Shown: positions 9,001 to 13,189 of the stretch, piece by piece
How the letters are laid out: every line of letters begins with the position of its first letter
How positions within the stretch are numbered: the first letter of the stretch is position 1
DNA from: Bdellovibrionales bacterium
GTDB lineage: Bacteria; Bdellovibrionota; Bdellovibrionia; Bdellovibrionales; JAGQZY01
Direction: 5' to 3'
Length of the DNA stretch: 13,189 nt
Assembly (NCBI GenBank): GCA_031426555.1
Contig: JANPLN010000051.1
Coordinates: 1-13,189 of the forward strand
Translations under genes and position numbers: made by a program
The notes under the pieces: generated by a model
What the model was told of the DNA's origin: nothing
What the model saw: only the letters and a program-made list of their open reading frames with translations
Database searches by the model: none

Positions 9001-9170
9001 CAAGTATGGGCGTGGGTCTGATCGGTGGAACGGTGACTTCCACGCTTCTGACCCTTGTAGTAATTCCTGCGGCCTTTTTGTTTATTGATGGCTTTCGCGA
9101 ATGGATCGAAAAACGTTTTCCCGCGAACCGTTTGGCAAAAATATTTTTAAGTAAAGAGATTAAAAAATAG
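6027..9170 (+). CDS. RND efflux transporter permease (AcrB/AcrD/AcrF family)
   Basis: Probable GTG start at 6027 (GTGA overlap with the tolC stop, SD GGGAG) giving MSLAELSIKRP. Motifs PVDLFPDV, YPGAGP, GLLVDDAIVVRE, GVAAKNSILLVD and TRLRPILMTS indicate an intact proton relay. Confidence 0.96.
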   Translation: MSLAELSIKRPIFISCIIFMMLVVGTAAIYKMPVDLFPDVNFPIITVTTVYPGAGPSEIETLITKPVEDEVSTISGLKRLTSTSQEGFSQVIAEFTLETDIKFAEQQVRDKVALVKTKIPQETEEPVIRRIDPSDTPVLRIAVEADLDDGKLYDLVDKKIKAQLQQVKDVGLVSITGGRKREIHVHLDREKLKDRQVSAGQVAMLLGMTGENIPAGKVNESTKETVFKSVGEFVNLKDISNTIISLFFNDSSVRVQDVGAVKDSLQDEKRRAFVNGKKSLFVDIYKQSRTNTIAVVRGVKNKLPKIEESLKNTGVEVKLKYIQDGSREVDANIVDVKETIFLGILLTVLVVYFFLGSARSTVITALALPNSIIGAFILMALNGFSINIVTLTALVLAVGLLVDDAIVVRENIFRRLEMGEDPFTASVQGTKEVQLAVIATTLVVIAVFAPVAFTAGIVGQFLRQFGLTVCFAMVISLFDALTVAPMLSSYFAGPPHSAKHTGGFWDRLTQPVLSRFEKMQSSLEHWYEKLLNKVVKRPITVLILSFVVFVLCMSTVAFIPGTFIPPQDNGEFVVDLELPPGTNLEEMSRVAQEIDGVIRQNKEIELTSLTVGGSNDEPQLASCYIRMINFKNRTVNTSDMKDRVREQLKGYQDVKIQVKDYDPTGGAATRPFSLALLGNDQKALEEMAKKLVDELKKEPDLKEVDSSSRLGKPELQFRPRMEASESLGINSRSIGAELRAQVEGVKAAKFRELGEEYDIRVRLQEDQRNLRESYLDTYVPNINQRLVKLRNVTTLSDVVGPANIDRQDRSRKILIGADIRAGGDLNAVMAKTSSRLTGGDLKLPTGMSYLYVGDSESFQEMGSSLGVALMFAIIFIYMVLASLYESFITPLTIMLALPLALGGAFVGLLVAGESLNLFAFLGIFMLIGVAAKNSILLVDFANHAMENGEDRITAIIAAGKTRLRPILMTSVALIAGTLPLAIGLNEASSQRTSMGVGLIGGTVTSTLLTLVVIPAAFLFIDGFREWIEKRFPANRLAKIFLSKEIKK

Positions 9171-9176
9171 TCTGCC

Positions 9177-9368
9177 ATGGAAGAAATCGAAAAGTTTTTT
9201 AAGTGTCCGTACTGTCTCGAAAAAATCTCAATGCTTTTAGATTTATCGACGGAGGGCGAACAGATCTACATCGAAGACTGCGAAGTGTGCTGCAATCCTA
9301 TACAGATCCAGTTTTCATCGCAGGACGGAAAGCTGCGAGGCTTTCAATTTGCCAAAGCCTATGGTTAA
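9177..9368 (+). CDS. CPXCG motif-containing cysteine-rich (Zn ribbon) protein
   Basis: CPYC...LDLS...QIYIEDCEVCCNPI pattern of the Cys_rich_CPXG family; starts 6 nt after the RND stop. Confidence 0.9.
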   Translation: MEEIEKFFKCPYCLEKISMLLDLSTEGEQIYIEDCEVCCNPIQIQFSSQDGKLRGFQFAKAYG

Positions 9369-9446
9369 ATTTTGTTTTTAAAACGCGGAATATATGGACG
9401 TCCAGTTGGTTGCAAGCAAACAGATGTGTTATCTGTGTGTTTTTTG

Positions 9447-9463
9447 CTGGCACCGGATATGCA
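9447..9463 (+). promoter_or_regulatory. Putative sigma-54 (-24/-12) promoter
   Basis: CTGGCACCGGATATGCA: TGGCAC with exact GG-N10-GC spacing, intergenic, about 60 nt upstream of the next start codon. Confidence 0.65.
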
Positions 9464-9523
9464 ATTCCTGAGGGACAGGGGATTTGTTATGATCCCCTAT
9501 AATGACTCTCAAGGAGAATACAA

Positions 9524-9772
9524 ATGTTATGGACGCTGTTTATTGGTTTGCTCGTAGGACTTGTTGCTAAGTTGATTATGCCTGGCCGTGATCCCGGCGG
9601 TTGGATCATTACCATCCTTTTAGGTGTGGCAGGTGCTTTCGTTGCAAACTTTATCGGCAAAAATCTTGGCTGGTACAACGATGTGGAATTCGCAGGATTT
9701 TTAGCTTCGGTTTTCGGGGCTGTGTTGATTCTGGTTATTTACCGACTTGTGGTGGATAAAAAACGTCTTTAA
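9524..9772 (+). CDS. GlsB/YeaQ/YmgE family (transglycosylase-associated) stress membrane protein
   Basis: IGLLVGLVAKLIMPGRDPGGWIITILLGVAGAFV...ASVFGAVLIL; SD AAGGAG. Confidence 0.95.
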   Translation: MLWTLFIGLLVGLVAKLIMPGRDPGGWIITILLGVAGAFVANFIGKNLGWYNDVEFAGFLASVFGAVLILVIYRLVVDKKRL

Positions 9773-9786
9773 GACTATTTGTATGG

Positions 9787-9816
9787 AGGCCGCACTTATT
9801 TATTGAAGCGGCCTTT
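9787..9816 (+). terminator. Possible weak terminator between convergent genes
   Basis: AGGCCGC (9787-9793) ... GCGGCCT (9808-9814) followed by TT; long loop. Confidence 0.35.
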
Positions 9817-9819
9817 GCT

Positions 9820-10860
9820 TTAAATAAAGCGGCCTTTGGCTTTGGCCGCGTAAATTTTGCGAATTTTCCCGTCATCATCTTCATCGTAAATGTCGCCAAT
9901 GACCTCTTCGATCAAATCTTCCAAGGTCACAACACCTAAAATTTGAAAAACGTCGTTCACCACAATGGCCATATGGCTTTTTTTATCCTGCATCATCCGC
10001 ATGGTTCGCAAAACCGAATCGGTGCCAAACACATGCATGGTGGGTCGAATGATCGCTGGCCAGTTGGTCTCTCCAGACTCGCGGTAAGCGATGAATTCCT
10101 TGGTGTGCAAAATGCCGATCACTTTGTTGGCTTCGAGGACGGGGAGTCGAGTGTGACCGGATTGGAGCACTGCTTGAAAAACAATGGCGATGGTGTCCTG
10201 TTTTTTTACAAAATTAGTTTCTGTCCATGACACCAGGGCATCGGTGATTTTTTTATTTTCGATCTGCGCCATGTTCAGCATCAAGGTTTGATGGGTGGGA
10301 GACAAAGCATCGATTTCGATGGAAATCAAAGTGGACTGCTCTTGAACTGATCGTTTTCGAAAAAATATTTTCAATAAAATTTTGGTCGAGGTTTCAAGAG
10401 CTGTGACCACCGGCGATAATATTTTGTCGGCCACAAATAGCACTTTTGCGCCAGAGAGTACAATCTTCAGCGGGTTCCGCAGCGCTAAGGTTTTGGGAAC
10501 CAGTTCACCAATCACCACGTTCAAATAAGTGATTGGTAAAACCACAGCGACCATAGCCAAAATCTCAGCGTGCAGGGGATCAAATCCGTAGTGGTTAATT
10601 AAAAAAGGTTCTAAACGATCCGATGCTCCAGCGCCGCCGACCGCCGCAGCAATGGCCCCCACAAGAGTAATCCCCACTTGAATCACCGACAGCGATCTCT
10701 CTGGATTCTCGCGGAGTTTTAATAGTTTTTTCGCGGAGAGGTTGCCTTTGCGCGCAACGCTGCGGAGTTCTGGTTTTGGCACCGAAACAAAAGCCATCTC
10801 ATAGGCTGCAAACACTGCGTTCAAGGCAAGACACGTGCAGATAACTAAAATCTCTTCCAT
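9820..10860 (-). CDS. Hemolysin/CNNM (DUF21) + CBS pair family membrane protein, no CorC_HlyC domain
   Basis: Start re-assigned to ATG 10860 (MEEILVI). Motifs NAVFAAYEMAFVSV, LSVIQVGIT, VIGELVPKTLAL, SGHTRLPV, HMAIV, GVVTLEDLIEEVIGDIYDE. Confidence 0.92.
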   Translation of the reverse strand: MEEILVICTCLALNAVFAAYEMAFVSVPKPELRSVARKGNLSAKKLLKLRENPERSLSVIQVGITLVGAIAAAVGGAGASDRLEPFLINHYGFDPLHAEILAMVAVVLPITYLNVVIGELVPKTLALRNPLKIVLSGAKVLFVADKILSPVVTALETSTKILLKIFFRKRSVQEQSTLISIEIDALSPTHQTLMLNMAQIENKKITDALVSWTETNFVKKQDTIAIVFQAVLQSGHTRLPVLEANKVIGILHTKEFIAYRESGETNWPAIIRPTMHVFGTDSVLRTMRMMQDKKSHMAIVVNDVFQILGVVTLEDLIEEVIGDIYDEDDDGKIRKIYAAKAKGRFI

Positions 10861-11051
10861 AGGTGAGATTGTACATGATTTGGCGAAAAAGGCGAGGTGG
10901 GGATTGCCATAGGACATTATGCTTAACAATTAGGCTTCTGAATTCTTTTCAGAGGGAGTTAACGAGTAAAAGGTGCACTTTACATAAACAAACAACTGTC
11001 GTGTGTGTTTTATCGGCTTTTGGTAGTAGTGGGTAAATCAAGGGAGTTTGC

Positions 11052-11489
11052 ATGACTAAAATATCGATACTGGTTCACCTCTTCGTAGCCACACTTTCCA
11101 CCTCGGCCTTCGGCAGCAGCTATTACCTCTGCGGAAAAACCGTTAATCCAGATAATGGAACTGTCACGGGGTACGAACTCGAGATTTCTTCTGGAGACGA
11201 CGACTATTCTGGTGTTGTCGGCGAAAATTGGAATTTAAAATTGGCGCAAGACTCTGACTGGATATCCCCACGCCCTGGAATCACCGCCAAAACAACCCAA
11301 AACAGTAATGGTGAGGACATGGTTACCGTGACCGTCGTGCAAGGCCAGTCTGCCGCGGGCATATTGGGAAAACAGTACAAGCTGCATGGCCTTTTCGACG
11401 ACGAACCGGTTCTCGAAAAATACACCATGGGTGGCTTTGCAGGGTCCATTAAAACCGATACGTTTAAATGCATCAGTTCCATTGATTAA
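11052..11489 (+). CDS. Hypothetical secreted protein, beta-rich, two terminal Cys
   Basis: SD AGGGAG; signal peptide ending SAFG; one Cys near each end of the mature chain (YLCG, FKCI). Confidence 0.8.
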   Translation: MTKISILVHLFVATLSTSAFGSSYYLCGKTVNPDNGTVTGYELEISSGDDDYSGVVGENWNLKLAQDSDWISPRPGITAKTTQNSNGEDMVTVTVVQGQSAAGILGKQYKLHGLFDDEPVLEKYTMGGFAGSIKTDTFKCISSID

Positions 11490-12354
11490 AAACTTGCAAA
11501 GTAAGTTTAATCTAAATTTTTTTGTTCTTTCCATTGTAGGGTGGCTTTTTTCTGCCTGCGCAAATCCTTTAGCTTCAGTCCAGCCCGATATTAAAGCATT
11601 CCAACACAAGTACCCCGATAACTTCGGATTTGTTGAGGTGGAAAATAAAAAAGTCCACTATGCCTGGTCGGGCGATCCAGCAAAGCAACTTTTGATCTTT
11701 GTCCATGGCTCTCCAGGTTCATGGAAGGGATGGTCGCGTTTCCTCCTCGATGAAGATTTGCAAAAACGCTTTTTCATCATTGCCATCGATCGTTTCGGTT
11801 ACGGGAATTCAAACCGTGGCGTCACCGAAACGTCCCTCGAAAAACAGGCCCAGGCGGTGATCGAAATATTAAAACTTAATCAGAGGTCGAAAAAACCGAT
11901 TCTCGTGGGGCACTCCTATGGCGGTCCTGTCATAGCCGGAGTGGCGATGCTAGAACCTCAGTTAGTGGGTGGACTTGTTTTTGTGGCAAGTTCGGTGTCA
12001 CCCGCGCTCGAGAAAGTGAAATGGTTTCAGTACCCGGCATCCTGGTGGCCCTTCAGGTACTTAATCCCCACGGACTTGAGGGTTTGCAATGAAGAAATAT
12101 TACCGCTCAAAAGCGAGCTCGAAACGCAGACCCATCGATGGCCCAAAATCGAAGCTAAGGTTGCGATTATTCAAGGAGTGGATGACACACTTGTGCCAAA
12201 AGAAAATGCGGATTACATCGTGGAGCATCTAAAAAAAGAGCAAATTGTGTATTTCGAAAAAACCGCAAAGCTTGGACACTTTGTTCCATGGGAGCGTCCT
12301 GATTTGATTATAAAAGCCATCGAATCCCTTGTTGGCGAAGCGGCTTATAAATAG
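11482..12354 (+). CDS. Alpha/beta fold hydrolase, probable lipoprotein
   Basis: FVHGSPG oxyanion loop, DRFGYG, GHSYGG nucleophile, QGVDDTLV acid, GHFVPW His. Lipobox-like LFSAC. Start uncertain (TTG 11482 or 11494); the track start at 11386 overlaps the upstream gene by about 100 nt. Confidence 0.88.
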   Translation: MIKNLQSKFNLNFFVLSIVGWLFSACANPLASVQPDIKAFQHKYPDNFGFVEVENKKVHYAWSGDPAKQLLIFVHGSPGSWKGWSRFLLDEDLQKRFFIIAIDRFGYGNSNRGVTETSLEKQAQAVIEILKLNQRSKKPILVGHSYGGPVIAGVAMLEPQLVGGLVFVASSVSPALEKVKWFQYPASWWPFRYLIPTDLRVCNEEILPLKSELETQTHRWPKIEAKVAIIQGVDDTLVPKENADYIVEHLKKEQIVYFEKTAKLGHFVPWERPDLIIKAIESLVGEAAYK

Positions 12355-12402
12355 ATTGGGCCAAGCTGACACTCACCTCTTAGCTTTTTTTATGAAAAAA
12401 AA

Positions 12403-12430
12403 TTGTAATTTTATTGAGACTTTTTACACT
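12403..12430 (+). promoter_or_regulatory. Putative sigma70 promoter of the spondin gene
   Basis: TTGTAA, 16 nt, TACACT, preceded by A/T tracts (UP-element-like). Confidence 0.4.
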
Positions 12431-12451
12431 CACTACTGGAGGATGATTTTT

Positions 12452-13114
12452 ATGAAAACTAAGCTATTGATAATTCTGTTATTTACAGTGACTTCGGCTC
12501 TGGCTTTGGCTGAGACTTTTGAGATATCCATTAAAAATACGAGTCGACGTGATGGTTTTGGTGGGCAAAATATTTCTCGGCCGGCACTCATTATTCATCA
12601 AAAAAGTTTCGCTCTTTTCAAAGCTGGTCAACCAGCCTCTCAGGTATTATGGGAAATTGCCGAAGACGGGGATACAGGATTGGCCTTGGCACTCCAGGGT
12701 CAGCACCCTGGCATCGTTTCAACCCACCGCCTCAAGCGGCTGCGAAGAGACCAGGTGGAGCCAGCTGTGGAGCAGTTTAGCGTTGGAGACTCGCAAGGTC
12801 TCGCGTTTTCCTTGGCGGGAATGATGACGGCGTCGAATGACGCTTTTGCAGGAGTTAACAGTCACGATCTGCCAAAAAATACTGGTGATAAGTTGTTTTT
12901 CACAGTTCGTGCTTGGGATGCCGGCAGCGAGATCAATAACGAGATTTGTCCCTTTGTTCCCTCCGACGAACACTATATCAGGAAGACTGAGGGCTCCGAA
13001 GGGATGGTGCAACCCCATCGCGGAATCAAGGGCGGTGGAGTTTTAGATATCATCGATCACGGCTGGCCTTCCGACAACGTTGTGGCAGAGGGCTCCATCA
13101 CTCGAATCAACTAG
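12452..13114 (+). CDS. Spondin_N domain secreted protein
   Basis: SD GGAGGA then MKTKLLIILLFTVTSALALA signal. Motifs LFKAGQPAS..L..IAEDGD, SLAGMMTASNDAFAG and AWDAGSEINNE match bacterial Spondin_N proteins. Confidence 0.88.
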   Translation: MKTKLLIILLFTVTSALALAETFEISIKNTSRRDGFGGQNISRPALIIHQKSFALFKAGQPASQVLWEIAEDGDTGLALALQGQHPGIVSTHRLKRLRRDQVEPAVEQFSVGDSQGLAFSLAGMMTASNDAFAGVNSHDLPKNTGDKLFFTVRAWDAGSEINNEICPFVPSDEHYIRKTEGSEGMVQPHRGIKGGGVLDIIDHGWPSDNVVAEGSITRIN

Positions 13115-13115
13115 C

Positions 13116-13146
13116 GGGGTCAAGTGGGGGAGTCTTGACCCCCTTT
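13116..13146 (+). terminator. Hairpin terminator after the spondin gene
   Basis: GGGGTCAAG (13116-13124), 9-nt loop, CTTGACCCC (13134-13142), then CTTT. Confidence 0.6.
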
Positions 13147-13189
13147 AAGTTTGTTTAATGGATTTGCTTACATTGAATATTATAGTGCG

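Noticed and set aside
9372..9557. 61-aa ORF across the intergenic region
   Set aside because: No SD; overlaps the promoter elements and the next gene; no recognisable features.
9806..9838. Direct repeat AAGCGGCCTTTG twice
   Set aside because: Only two 12-nt copies, one inside a CDS end; not a CRISPR array and no element between them to make it a target-site duplication.
10920..11050. Possible riboswitch or sRNA in the divergent intergenic region (TCTGAA...TTCAGA, GTAAA...TTTAC)
   Set aside because: Short AT-rich stems with no motif of a riboswitch I recognise; an Infernal/Rfam scan would be decisive.
13150..13189. TATAGT -10-like element at the right edge
   Set aside because: No well-spaced -35, and the downstream gene lies outside the window.
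1..13189. Mobile elements, prophage, defence systems, tRNA/rRNA, CRISPR
   Set aside because: No transposase, integrase, nuclease, repeat-spacer array or RNA gene signature seen.

Overview
Gene-dense bacterial chromosomal window with no visible mobile element, RNA gene or CRISPR array. The style (many short signal-peptide orphans, TolC+AcrB pair without an adaptor) is reminiscent of Bdellovibrionota/Oligoflexia, but that is inference only. Contents: 5' part of sohB (- strand, runs off the left edge, missed by the ORF track); a secreted charged helical protein coupled to a DUF3307 membrane protein; a compact gingipain-like C25 cysteine protease; two back-to-back hairpin terminators; a Cys-containing secreted orphan divergent from a LysR regulator; a tolC / RND permease / CPXCG Zn-ribbon operon with no periplasmic adaptor; a GlsB/YeaQ/YmgE gene behind a sigma-54-like promoter; a CNNM(DUF21)-CBS protein lacking the CorC domain; a secreted orphan; a probable lipoprotein alpha/beta hydrolase; and a Spondin_N protein. 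The most notable item is the minimal Arg-gingipain-like protease, which has no Ig or T9SS tail and carries a C-R-C motif in its putative prodomain inhibitory loop. I found no convincing wholly new multi-gene system.
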